A DNA stretch of 62,155 nt, the filler included, from Hausera hauseri (Eukaryota): NCBI GenBank assembly GCA_046269625.1. It is 12 parts of 12 records of this genome, joined end to end, with 100 filler letters (N's around TTAATTAATTAA, not from the genome) between each part and the next. Parts side by side here need not be neighbours in the genome. Positions count along the whole stretch, not along the records: positions 22,068 to 27,116 come from JBJURY010351601.1; positions 27,217 to 31,976 come from JBJURY010446802.1; positions 32,077 to 37,294 come from JBJURY010305166.1; positions 37,395 to 43,660 come from JBJURY010119431.1; 8 more parts are not named here. One strand, written 5' to 3'. Below are positions 26,975-39,169 of the stretch, piece by piece. The notes beneath the pieces were generated by a model that saw nothing but the letters and a program-made list of their open reading frames with translations, was not told where the DNA came from and ran no database searches. Every line of letters begins with the position of its first letter. The first letter of the stretch is position 1. The translations under genes were made by a program, and so were the position numbers.

Positions 26975-27116
26975 TGGCATATTGAATAGTAACCGATCTC
27001 CCATTACCACTGTTGTCCAAAACTAATCACACAGTGTATATTGACAACTTTTTCACGTCAATGCCCCTGTTTGAGGAATTGGCATCACACGACATTTCTG
27101 TTTGTGGTACATATCG
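26975..27116 (+). mobile_element. piggyBac-type transposase fragment
   Basis: HTVYIDNFFTSMPLFEEL...VCGTYR (DNFFTS and GT.R motifs). Confidence 0.85.
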
Positions 27117-27216
27117 NNNNNNNNNNNNNNNNNNNNNNNNNNNNNNNNNNNNNNNNNNNNTTAATTAATTAANNNNNNNNNNNNNNNNNNNNNNNNNNNN
27201 NNNNNNNNNNNNNNNN

Positions 27217-30200
27217 GCATACGAACATTTTGCTCATATTATATCACAGTAATTTTCCTTCCATGTTTTTAGCAATAACCAGCATATAAAAACCATAATA
27301 GCTCAACTCATCGACAGAGCAGAGCTCTTATACAACTCTTTATCCTCCTTATTTAATACTTCCGACTTCTACTTCATATATGAGGATCCTACTATACCTC
27401 CTTCCGACTCCCTTTTACTATTCGCATATCACCAATATCCGATCATCCATTTCACGCTCCACTTTGGCCTTCGGGATGGATCGGACCCAAATCCATTTTT
27501 CTCGGATGATATATCTACAAATACATGCAATATCTATCGTTTACCAAACTCTCAACAGTCAGGAGCTTTCATAAATCTACCTTCCGTAAACCATGGCTCC
27601 AATTCCACCAACAGTGGCTAAAGTCTAACAACACCACTGACTCTTTCTTGTGTGCCAACAGTCTTTTAATTCGTCTACCTGCTAACGTCAAGCAGCAGAT
27701 CAGTAAACATCTCTAAACTGCTCCAATCCTCGACACCTTACGAAACACTGTGAAGCTGTACTCCATATCACGGATCCTTCGATATACAACATCATGCAAA
27801 AATACTTGAACGACCATGCAATAGGAAACCAAAAGCCATCTGACTTTCTTCAAACGGCCATATTGCAACTTAGCACCTTAGGTGTAACGCGTACGAATAA
27901 TGCGGACCTAACTCGCCGTTATTTCTTGTTGTCTTTCCCCACCTCAATCAAAACATTGCTTATCGTCGTCGCGAATCTTCTGCTATTGAAAAATTGGCCA
28001 TAATGGCTGATAAGTCCTTTAAAATTCTCCATAAAAATAACTCTCTTCCAATTGCGGCTACAACCACACACGCGCCACCTATAGACACAACATTTTCACT
28101 CAACAGTTGCAAATGATGCAACAATAATTTGACACATTACAGCAGTCAATTTCGGCCATTACCATCAAACTAAACAATCTTAATTGGCCTCGGCAGTGAA
28201 ACCACAATCTTCAAAGGAGCGAAGCACTTCAAAACACTCTACGCGATCCATTTCACCTGACGGACGCATGGCTTGCTTCTATGATACGAAGTTTCGAAAG
28301 GGTGCAAGGCACTGTTTCTTAGGCTGCCGATTCTACAGCAAACCATTTGTATCTGCCATAATAAGTACCAGTCACAGGCCAGATCGTGTGTGCCTGGTTA
28401 CAAATATTACAAAAATAAATCTCTTCCTTTTTCCTCCCCTTCTTCTTCTCCAAATTTTAAAAATCTAATACTACCGCCAGATTCCACTGCACATTCTGAT
28501 ATAGGCAACATATTGCATTTTTCTGGCCGTCTTAATACCACCTCTGCAGTCTTTCTGTTGAAAGCTGCAATCTTCTCTGATAATATAGGCCATGTGGCGA
28601 CTATTGTCATTTAAGCAACCTGAACATTACAGATGCCTATCCGCTACCACTCATTAAAGATATCCTTCATTGCCTCAATAACAACATTACCTATTCTACT
28701 ATTGATCTGCACAAGGCCTATCATCACATTCCTGCTGCACCTGATGATATTCCAAAAACTGCTGTCATCACACCATTTGACCTTTATGACTATATCTTCA
28801 TGCCTTTCAGCCTACGTAGCGCATCTCAGACCTTTAAACGCCATATTGATACTGTACTTTCAGGTCTTGATTTTGCTCATCCATATATAGACGACATTCT
28901 AGTCGGTTCCACATCCTTCAAACAACATCGTGAGCATCTCCGAATTATTTTCTGCAGATTGCATAAAGCAACCTGCAAATTAATTCCTCCAAATGTAATT
29001 TCTACCAGAAACGCATCAACTTCTTAGGCCACATCATTACTCTCGATAGTCATTCCTCTCAGCCTGGTCGTTTACAACAGTTAAAAAATGTGACACTACC
29101 AATCAGTACCATCTACATGAGGAGTTTTGTAGGGACACTGAATTCTGTACACTAATACGTTCCACACTGAGGCACCTTTGGCACATCTCTCATCCGGGAA
29201 GAAAAGACAATTAATCCACTGGACTCCTGATCTAATAAACCAATTTGATCGCCTTAGTGAAGGTCTGAAAACCGTTGACATTTTGGTTTTCCCAAAACCC
29301 AACGCCGAACTGATACTAACCACCGATGCCACCATCACAGCCACTGGTGCAATATTACCTCAGATATACAATGGTGTCGATGAGCCGTTAGAATTCTATT
29401 CCCGAAAGCTCACGCAACCAGAAAGTCGATACTCAACATTCGGTCGTGAGCTCCTGGCCATAGTTCTAGCGGTAAAGCACTTAAAGCATTTGCTTCTATC
29501 ACGTCAATTTGTCATCCAAACCGACCATAAGCCTCTACTTCATATCATAATGTTAAAACAGCCATCGCCCAGACAAGAATGACAAATATCATACCTGTTA
29601 ACACTTAGCTTTTCTATGAAATATATTTCAGGCACCGAAAATTTAGTATCAGACTTTCTATCGCGGTCGGTCAGCTCAATTACAGTTCAGCCAATTTTCT
29701 CCTCTGAAATTCAGAGAAGTAATCAGCCATCGTCTGATATTCTCGAAGCTTTTAAATCTGTTGAGATCACTGGTGGCATCGCCTACGACTCATCCGACTC
29801 AACTAATAAAAAAATCATTCTTGCTCCATCGTTACAAAAGACAGCTTTCACTCACTTTCACTCACTTCATCATCCTGGTTCGAAAGCCACATTTCGTCTA
29901 CTAAAATGCCACATTGTATGGCCAACTATGCGTGCAGATGTACAGGTTTGGGTTAAGGGGCGTGTAGCATGTCAGCAATATAAAGTCCATAAACACTTCA
30001 AACCACCACTTTACCACTTCCCTTGTACGCATCGTTTTGACGCTGTTCATTTGGATTTTGTCGGCCATTTACCATCCGACAACGGTTATCAATACATTTT
30101 ATCTATGATAGATAGCGCTTCTCGCTGATCGGAAACCTTTTCTCTTCGATCATCCAATACCGATTCGGTAGCAGATGCCTTTGGTTCACCACGTCACATT

Positions 30201-31500
30201 ATAACGGACCAGGGTCCGTAATTTGAAGCTGCTCGTTTTAAATCTGTGGTAAAACACTTGGGATAGTCCATTTCAATACAACACCGTACCATCCTTAAGC
30301 AAATGGTCTTCCTGACAGATTTTACTGTATTATGAAGATTTCCTTAAATATCTTGGCAAACAATAATCATAATTTCACTTCAATTCTTCCTCTTGTCTTA
30401 CTCGGTTGGTGTAACAAGCCATCCACCACTACATGTTGTGCTCCAGCTGAGGCTTTTTTTGGGACACCAATTCGTGCTCTATTTGAGCTTTCCAACCTCG
30501 ATGAAAGCCCTTTAGATGAAGATATTTGTGCGGCACAGTCCCACTTTGTCGATGTTAGCTCAAACACCTTTTGCCGCCTTATAAATAAAGACAAATCGTA
30601 TATCAGAGGACTTATACTCAGCTAAGTTTTTATGGCCGAAGGATCCGTCACCTTCTGATTTCCGATCCCAGTACTTTGACCCTTATAAACTACTTAACCT
30701 TTCTTTTCACACCGCTATGATTTTACGTAAGGGCAGACCTCAAAAGGTACATATTACTAACCTTAAGCCAGCATTCTTCGTTGACAATGACCAGGATAAC
30801 AGCCCTGTTTCAAATCCTAACGCTAACTTCTCTCACCTCGAGCCATTATCTAATTTCCTCGATGATTTTGATCCGTCGCAGCAATCACTCTCGCGGCACA
30901 ATCAGCTCTCTTCACTTTTGTCATCGTCCACTGCTCCTTCACCACTTACTTAGCCGTCATCGCCTGCACATCCACAACTCATTTCACCTTCATCGCACAA
31001 TTCGCTTTTATCTTAAGTCTTACCTTCTTCGTGTGATGTTTTTCTTTTTCAGCTTCTTTTCCACTTTTACATCTTCATGATGCATCCTCCCAAAGCACCA
31101 CAAAATCTACAGCATCTCTCCCTCGAACAACTCCACAAGCAACAGCAATATCTAACAGATCACGCCAAGTGACATTTAGAACCTACATTAGGGAGACGTT
31201 CATATATGGAATCAAACGTCTGACATACCAACATCGAAGAGGTACAAGCTGTTCCTTTTCTTACGATATTCTACGTTTATTTTCCTTTCTTTATAGTCTT
31301 CATATAGCCACGCGAAAGGGGGTGATATAGTGCCTGAAATGTGGTTGCACTGGAGAGATTAGCGGAACGGTGAGGATATTTTCCCCACCATGTGAATACA
31401 CTTTTAATTTTGTTAATCTGTTATTATAAGTTTCAAATTAATAATTATGGAATAAGAATAGAAAAACTGTAGTTTATATATGCGGAGTTTGAATGTACGT
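27217..31500 (+). mobile_element. Ty3/Gypsy (CsRn1-like), copy 2: Ubl leader - gag - (PR deleted) - RT - RH - IN - PPT - start of 3' LTR
   Basis: Homologous to copy 1; HPYIDD, TDAT..RYSTF.RELLA, HSLHHPG..W..CQ, HLDFVGHLP..IDSASR; PPT gcgaaagggggtga near 31312-31325. Confidence 0.93.
31312..31325 (+). promoter_or_regulatory. Polypurine tract of Gypsy copy 2
   Basis: Purine run downstream of the integrase tail, followed by TATAGTG (possibly a mutated TG LTR start) and a change in composition. Confidence 0.6.
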
Positions 31501-32076
31501 ACAAGTAAAGATTCATCAGAAAATTCTCAGTGAAACACCACAAAGATAATTACGACTGGCAGATGCAAATTATTTAAAATCAGTAATTGAGAATTTTAAA
31601 CCTGAAGTTTTCACAGTGTTATTTGCCAGCATTGTTAGTGTCATACTGCTTCCTCTAGGACCACAGCAGGTTTCTGTACTTTTAATGTACAGATATTTTT
31701 TAAACATGTTATCTTCCGGTTGTATGCAAGATAATTTTGTTTAAACAACAGAAAATGGGGAATCTGTGCTCGGAGTAGCCTGGGTCTTTATGTCAGTGGG
31801 AGATTTGTGTACAGAATGTGGCTGTCAGTTTTACTGTCAACTTGTTTATTGTGGTAGTTAGATGTTTTGGGGTATTGATATCACTGTTGTTAATATAGAA
31901 CACTGTCTATTTTACTAGACAGAGACCTAGTATTGGATTTGTGTGTTTTGTGATAGATTTTCCTGAAGAAGAAATANNNNNNNNNNNNNNNNNNNNNNNN
32001 NNNNNNNNNNNNNNNNNNNNTTAATTAATTAANNNNNNNNNNNNNNNNNNNNNNNNNNNNNNNNNNNNNNNNNNNN

Positions 32077-33400
32077 GGGTGTAGCTGCCATTGGAATAGT
32101 ATTTTAGATCGGCAGCTTCTGCGCGGCATACTGGACATGTAGTTTTTCCATTCTCTAATGTCCATTTTTCTAAACAGAACCTACAATATTTGGGGCATTC
32201 GTTTTCCTCCTTTTCCCATTTTTTATCGTCTAAATCTACTCTCAGCATAATTTCTATGGGTTCTAGGATTAATCCATCTTCCTCTTGGTATAGGTAAGCT
32301 GCAATTCTTTTTTGTTTGGGATTTATCGAGCTCTTTTTCGGATCACATCCTACAGGTATTAAGGTCCAATCGCTGATAGTATCTCGATCTAAATCGGGAA
32401 CTTCACCAGTCGACTGGTATTTCTGGTATTGCTTCTTTAACATCGCCTTTACTGATTTGTCTACGGGCACCAAGAGTTTACCATTTTTTCTTGATTGAAA
32501 TATCGGGGCAACATATTTTCCTATCTTGGGATTCTCCCAGACGTAGGTATTTTCGTAAACTTGCCGTGCGGGCGTCGCTTTGACAAAGAACATTGCTTCT
32601 TTGATTTTCTGCTTACTATAGTATTCTGTAGCTATTAGCATTCGGGGATGATCTGCTGTGGTAGCGTAATGGACATTTTCCGTGGACGTCTTTTTCCGTA
32701 AGACGTTTATTTCGGTTATGTGTTCTTTTTTGTTGTCCGGTTTCTTCATTGGTTTATTGACGTATATTTGTGTGTCTGGTTTTGAGTTTTCTTCCGTTTG
32801 GTTTTCTCGCTTACGTGTCTGTATGGGTTCTGAACGTTTTCCGATTTTTGTTTTTCTTCTAATCTCCTATCTTCTTGCTTGCTTTTTTTCTTAAATAAAT
32901 AATCAAAGAAGGATGTCTTCCTTTTAGTCGTTTTGCCACTTTCGGTTTCTGGGTTCTTATTGTGTTTCAAATATCTCTGAGAAGTTTCAGGTATTCTAAA
33001 CGGATAATCCTGTGTAGCGTAGCTTGTACTGGGTCCTGCCTGGATTTGCCTTTGATTTTCTATCCTTTTGGTTCTTGATCCTTGTATGATTATTTGATAG
33101 TTCCATTCTGGAATAATCTCGACGCTTCTGGGTGGAGAATATGGGCAAAAATGTCTGCGATAACGTGTGTTTAAGTCTTGGATCCTTGGGAAATTTAGTA
33201 GGTTCTGTCCAGGGTTATTGGGAATCCATTCATGCTCCCATTTAAGCCCAGCATTTATATCCCTTAGGTATTGGGATCTTTGACTGGCGGTTAGTATTCT
33301 ACTGATTTTAATATTTCCTTCTGTCATGACCTCTATCCTTAGCGTAAACCGGCCTTCCGGGGTTAATAGAATATGGCCCTTTCTTTTTTTGTCTTTGATT
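32077..33400 (-). pseudogene. Accessory ORF ending in a C3HC4 RING finger (first half of the RING deleted in this copy)
   Basis: KYCRFCLEKWTLENGKTTCPVCR; the full RING is visible in the paralogue at ~40515-40655. Confidence 0.8.
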
Positions 33401-33409
33401 TGTATTTGT

Positions 33410-34407
33410 TTAAACTACGGTTGGGTGGTATTCCAATTCTCTTATTCCAGCTAAGTGTTCTAGCGGTATGTTTAATTTTCTTATTATTCTTTCTACCTGA
33501 TACCCCACTAAGACGTATCCGCAGAAACATTGTGCCACTTCTTGTTGTATCATTTTGAGATCCTTTCCTTGCTTCAATTGGTCTCTTTTAATTCCAGTGA
33601 CTTCTGCGTACGTTTCGAGTATTTTCTTCCTTGGAGTAATAATCTTTGAATAAATTTCGACTCCGTTCTCTTCCCGAATGGATATTTCGATTGGAATATA
33701 GTCCTCTTCTCCTTCGCCGTAATTTACTGCTACAACCCTAATGTTCCTGTCGTCCGCTACCAACCTGAACGAATATAAATGATTTTGGCGTTCAACTTCT
33801 GTAGGCGTTTGTCTAAATTTTATAGGGGATAGTGCGGTGAGTATTGTTTCTTCTTTGGTCGTTTCGATCATCATTTTGACCGGTAGGGTAGCTATATGAA
33901 ATTCTAGTTTGTAATCCTTGAAATTCCTGATATCGAATACGAACGTACTGAACCGACTCTGCCTTCCTCGGAAGGAATCCCATTTTTGTTCTTTCAGCCG
34001 ATAATATATTTCTCCGTCGGCTAAATGTACGTATATTCTTTGTTGCTCGCCCGATCAATATTGAGCGATCTGTTTAAAGGGATAGACCCTGGCGTCCTTA
34101 TCTTCCCTCCATGCATACAAATATACTGTCCTGGTTTCCTCGGTCATTCCTTTTAGGCCGTTTGGGATTTCGCTGACTTTACCATACTGGGCAAAATTTT
34201 TCCCTTATAATTCATTATTGATTTGTCTGTATATAGATTTGAATTTGGAATTCGCACAGTTACGTTTCTCTGTAGAAATTCGTCGATACTAAGTCGACTT
34301 GCAGCGTTCTCGGTATCGTTTTCAATGTCGACTCTAATTCGGCTCGCATTCTCTCCTGCGTCGATCCTAAGTCGGCTAGAATCCATTTGCGTCTGGTTAC
34401 TTACCAA
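33410..34407 (-). pseudogene. Accessory ORF: unknown N-terminal domain plus REX4/ISG20-like DEDDh exonuclease fold lacking catalytic acids
   Basis: VVAVNYG..ISIREENGVEIYSKIITP..YAEVTGIKRDQLKQGKDLKMIQQEVAQCFCGYVLVGY..IREL follows the REX4 pattern (IALDCE..VSIV..YV.P..VSGI..L..G..VQ.EV..ILVGH..IRDT). Confidence 0.75.
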
Positions 34408-34433
34408 TCTGAAGAAAAAGAGATAAAGGTTAA
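34399..34433 (-). promoter_or_regulatory. Splice acceptor, 4-nt exon and GTAAGT donor (copy A)
   Basis: Minus strand reads TTAAC-ctttatctctttttctt-CAG|ATTG|GTAAGT; the same layout is present in copy B. Confidence 0.65.
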
Positions 34434-34506
34434 TTCTAAAACAAAGGATGGCTTTAAACCAAAACCAATTCTTTGTTTTATGACAGAATAACCTGCTCTG
34501 TAATTG

Positions 34507-35004
34507 TCAGATTATTTTATCATACGGATCTACAGGGTTCTCCAGCTCCCTTAATTCCCACTCTGAATTTTCATGGCGCTTAAAATAACAGTTTTTGGTG
34601 ACTAATCGAAAAATCGCAATTAATATAATGAGAACAACCGTTGACAGCACCGTGATAAATACAATTTGTAGCGTAGATAATCCCATCGGCGCTTGTGTGG
34701 TGACTCGAGTGGTGATCTGCTCATCTATATCCTCGTATGCGTGGGATTCTGTCCGAATCTCATTTAAGGTTAGCAGTGTAATGGTCTGATTCTGTTTATT
34801 CCTTGCACATATTTGTACTATATATTCGGTTTGCGGTTTTAATAAATTGCACTCGGTTTGATAAGTATTGCTAAACAATGTCACCTCTTGATTATTATTC
34901 GTTGTCCGACAATTTATGTATATGTCGTAGTTTTGTTTCTCTTCCACGAAGAACACAATCTTAGATCGATATACCGAATATTTAATGGGAATGCTTTCTA
35001 GCAT
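34507..35004 (-). CDS. FN3-like domain, TM helix and short tail; in-frame continuation of the IN ORF
   Basis: CNLLKPQTEYIVQICA (L.P.T.Y.V FN3 signature) and TM LQIVFITVLSTVVLIILIAIF; separated from the upstream ORF by one in-frame TGA. Confidence 0.8.
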   Translation of the reverse strand: MLESIPIKYSVYRSKIVFFVEEKQNYDIYINCRTTNNNQEVTLFSNTYQTECNLLKPQTEYIVQICARNKQNQTITLLTLNEIRTESHAYEDIDEQITTRVTTQAPMGLSTLQIVFITVLSTVVLIILIAIFRLVTKNCYFKRHENSEWELRELENPVDPYDKII

Positions 35005-37294
35005 TCAGTTCGTAGTGATAATCGTAGTGCTGCGGGTTGTACTCGGCGTTGTGGATGGTTTTCCTGTAGTGGTCGGTTGTAGGAGCTCCCATACTCTGTT
35101 CTTTGGGTGATATCCTCTTAGGAAAACACTTCGTTCACCCGGATAGGTATCGTACAAGTCAAATCGTAGTTCGTACTTTTGTCCTACTTGTACTATGCAG
35201 CAGACTGTGGGACGTCGCTTTGCCAACGAACAATATGTTGGTCTAGGAATAAAGTTGTTAAATGGCGTAAAATGGACTGAGATTTCCTTGTCTTCTGGTA
35301 TTCCAAATTTAGTCTCGATCCGAATGCATTGGTTTCTCAAATCCTTGTGAATTCCAATAATATTATCATCTAAGAGTCTGTTAATCGGATCAGTGCTTTG
35401 AATTATTTCGTCCGTCTTTTCCTGATTGGTGTCCTTTTGTTGTGGCATTTGTATTGTGAGCTCTGAGGCTATGTCGGCTTGAGTTCCAAACTTATAGGAA
35501 TAGAATAGCTGAAAGCTATATCTATAGACTTTCCCGAATTCTAGGTTACAGCATCTCCTGTGGTGTCCGTATGGGAAATCGCATACACTCATTTCATCTC
35601 CAGTGGTTATAAATGTTATCTGAAATCCTATGTGTCTCTGAATAGGATGGTCTGATTCGAACCATGCACATGGCTTTCTCCAATCCATATCCCGTATTCT
35701 GAGTGTCTGTAAATTCCGGATATCCCTTTGTTTGGCGCTTGTTTTCACTGTAGGTATATACGAAACAATTAATGATAAGGCTAAGACTATTTGTACATAA
35801 GATATCGGTCTAGTAACTATCGACGAAGTTTTTACTTCTCGCTGGCGTAAATTGTAACGTTTATTGGGTCGTATTTCCGTCTTGACGACCCTCTGTACTG
35901 ATACTACTTCTTCTTTTCCATTCTTATTGATATACACTGTGGTCGGCGTCACTCGGATGACTTCATACGGTCCTCTACCCGTACGAGTTAATTTCAGCGA
36001 GGTACCTTTTTTGGCTACTGGATAATGTACATAAACCCAATTTCCTTGCTCTATATTATGCGGTTTCGCTTTCTTATCATATTGTTTCTTGAATTGCTCT
36101 TGATATTCTTGAGATAATTCCTTGGCGATTCCCCAACACCTTTTCAATCGCGTTTGTAACACCTCTGCAAAATTTTGTTCTAAATCTTCCGGATTAACTG
36201 TGTATGGTGTCATTCCTAAGTCCGTAGGCAACACGGCTTCACGTCCATACATCATAAAGAATGGTGTAAATCCTGTTGCTGGATGTGGCGTGGTATTAAT
36301 TGCAAATTGTGTTCCTTCTAAAAATTCGTCCAAATCCTTTTGGTCCTTAGCCACTACTGTTGACAATATACGCATGACGGTAGCGTTCATTCTTTCGATT
36401 ATTCCATTACATTGGGGATGATATGCGGTAGTCGTTAATCGCTCGATTTCGAATATCTTAGTGATTTTCTCAAATAATTCACTGGTAAAATTCCTTCCGC
36501 TATCCGTTAATATTTGGTCAGGTGGTCCGTAACGGCAAATAATTCTTCTTACTACAGCTTCTGCCAAGGTTTCCGCTTTTTGATCGACTAATGCTATCAA
36601 CTCGACAAAATGAGTTAATCGATCGATGCACGTTAATATATATTTATTGTTCTTGTGAATTGTAGGAAGAGGTCCTACGATATCCGTCGACATGGCTTGC
36701 ATGGGCCTATCGGGGACATTGATTGGTTTTAATTCGGCCATGTAGTTTTTTGTTTTCTTTTGTTTAGTCGCACACACCTCACAGGCGCTTACCCAATTTT
36801 TTACATCGATATAGATACTAGGCCAAAAATATTTGTTTATTATTCTTTCTAACGTTCTCTTCCAGGACATGTGTCCGGCTAAATACGAGTCATGTTCTGA
36901 CATCAGTACTTCGGTTCGTAAACCTTTTGGGATAACTATCAATTTTCTTCCTTTTCGCTCGTAGTATAAGATGTTTTCTTTGTTTCCATCATTTATGACG
37001 CAATATTTATGTCCGTATCTGCGTAGATGTTTCTTTAACTGTCGCGCTTTTGGTATGATGTCCCTTGTAGCAAATTCTATAATCTGCTGAATAACTTTGT
37101 CGTTTCTTTGTTCCGTTGAAATCTTAATTGTTCTATCTATCGTTAACGCACGTTGGCGGTCTATTATTTCCTCCAGTTGGCCTTTCTTCATTACGGTGAT
37201 TGCACTTGTTTTAGTCCTTAATCTCGATAATGCGTCAGCATCGACATGTTTATTTCCCGGCTTATACTGAAATTCAATATTATATCTGGAAATT
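35005..37294 (-). CDS. pol: Pol C-terminus: integrase fused to a signal peptide, a Cys-containing ectodomain and a Thr-rich stalk
   Basis: YKPGNKHVDADALSRL; HDSYLAGH..CEVC; TDIVGPLP..IDRLTHF..TDSG..YHPQCNGIIER; GPY; then YVQIVLALSLIVSYIPTVKT, two CC-containing repeats and TTTGKPSTTPSTT. Confidence 0.9.
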
Positions 37295-37394
37295 NNNNNN
37301 NNNNNNNNNNNNNNNNNNNNNNNNNNNNNNNNNNNNNNTTAATTAATTAANNNNNNNNNNNNNNNNNNNNNNNNNNNNNNNNNNNNNNNNNNNN

Positions 37395-37470
37395 GCAGCC
37401 TACCTTATTAAATTTCGTGTACGGTACCACAAACAGTTTAACTCTTCATTTCCGTCGAATCCAACAAAAA
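37395..37470 (+). pseudogene. C-terminus of Polinton minor capsid (penton) protein
   Basis: FVYGTTNSLTLHFRR resembles the typical penton ending. Confidence 0.6.
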
Positions 37471-37474
37471 CAAC

Positions 37475-37801
37475 ATGATTGATTCTGAAATCGTATCCAT
37501 TTACAGTAAACCCCAGCAGGGCAGTAAACATCCGTATTTCGTTGGTAAACAGTATGGCTCTGGGTGGTTGCATACATTGGCACGTTTAGCATTTACGGTG
37601 TTGAAACGTATCGGAGCCGTGGCAGCAAAAATAGCATAGGACGTACTATATGAAAACAAATCGATTTTACCATCGTTGAAGGAACATGCATTGACCGAAA
37701 TAAAAAGCGCTGCACCGGGAGTCGTTGAATCAGTTAAAAAACAATTCTCTGGCAGTGGCTTGATGAGAAACGCCGTAGATCAACTAGCTTTTCAACCATA
37801 A
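37475..37801 (+). pseudogene. Polinton small core protein with putative adenain cleavage sites
   Basis: QQGS, QYGSG followed by amphipathic WLHTLARLAFTVLKRIG, and FSGSG; one internal stop. Confidence 0.6.
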
Positions 37802-37850
37802 ACAAACGTCGTTGTCGTACGATTTTCGATTGACTGATTGACAGAGACAA

Positions 37851-39086
37851 ATGACATCTGCAAAATCTGAATTATGTATATTTGACAAAGCGGCGCCACA
37901 AGTTGTTATTGACAATGCGGCATTTGAAAAAATCTGCCCCGTTGATTCGGTTTCAACGGACGATAACATTGACATTCAATGCAACATTATGGAATCGGAC
38001 AATGAATAACTGGATTTGAACAATACGCTACTCTATGTAAAAGTCATTGTTAAAAAGGATTCGTCAACGGTTCTCGCTGCAACAGGCACTGTCACACCGG
38101 CCAATTACCTTTTCCTCACATTGTTATAGGAGACTTCACTGACTCTAAACTGCGTCAAAATTGAAGGCAACACCAGTCTATACAGTATCAAAGCACTTAT
38201 TGAAACTGCTCTGAATTAAAGTGGAGACACAAAAACGACTAATTTGACGAAAACCATCGGATACAATGCCACAGCGGCAAACCGTTAGGCATGGGCAGCA
38301 AAATCAAAAGCACTTACAATGTGTGGACCGCTGTACTTTGAATTTTTCGATCAGCCGAAATACCTACTTCCCGGTGTTAAAGCCATGATTCGGTTGAAAC
38401 GCAGCGACAATGTCTTTTGTTTGAAAACCGCCGTTGCACAGCTTAAACCCATACTGAAAATTATTGAGGCACGATTATACGTACGTCGTGTAAAGGTAGA
38501 ACCATCTGTGCTCATGGGCCATCAATTGGGCTTGGAAACACAAAATGCCTGTAACCCGATACAACGCACAGAACTCGTCTTTTACACCACACCGAAAGGT
38601 TCAACAACGTTTTACAAAGATGCACTTTTTGGCGACATGCGATTGCCGAAATTTGTGCTTGTTACATTTCAAACGACTGTTCGACAAACGGGCAGTTATA
38701 CCGCCAATTCGGAAACGTTTACTCATAGCAATGTGAATTACATCAGTTTGGGTCGGAATGCGGATTTCGTTGAGAAGTACAAATAAGATTTCGAGTCTAA
38801 TGATTATTTTTGAACATATATGCAATCTGTAGTGCACAACATGGGTTTGCTCAACAAAAGCATCACCAATGGCATATCGATGGATTTGTTCAAGTCCGCC
38901 TATCTATTTTTCACCTTCGTGCTGGCTCCGGATTACGATGTTGAACAGACTCAACTACCTCAGAAGGGAAACCTACCACTGGAGGTTCACTTTGCCAAAG
39001 CGTTGGAGCAATCTACCGTGATGTACGTTTACGGTCTATTTGATGCTGAGGTTGAAATAACGAAAAAGGGAACCGTCATTGTTTAA
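37851..39086 (+). pseudogene. Polinton major capsid protein (double jelly-roll)
   Basis: KSELCIFD..PQ..I; LDLNNTLLYVKV; ANYL; GPLYFEFFDQPKYLLPGV..IRLKR..FCL; ARLYVRRV; KGNL.LEVHF.KAL; several stops. Confidence 0.88.
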
Positions 39087-39169
39087 ATAAAATCCGGTGT
39101 GTCTCACTCTTTCTTCTTCGTCGTCGTACTATGAAGTAACTTATTACTACTATTACTATTATACTTAAT

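Larger units (their letters stand above)
32077..37294 (-). mobile_element. Complex Ty3/Gypsy element, copy A: RH end - IN - signal peptide - FN3-like ectodomain - TM - pseudo-exonuclease - RING
   Basis: All ORFs on one strand and abutting; a homologous cassette lies at 40279-43660. Confidence 0.88.
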
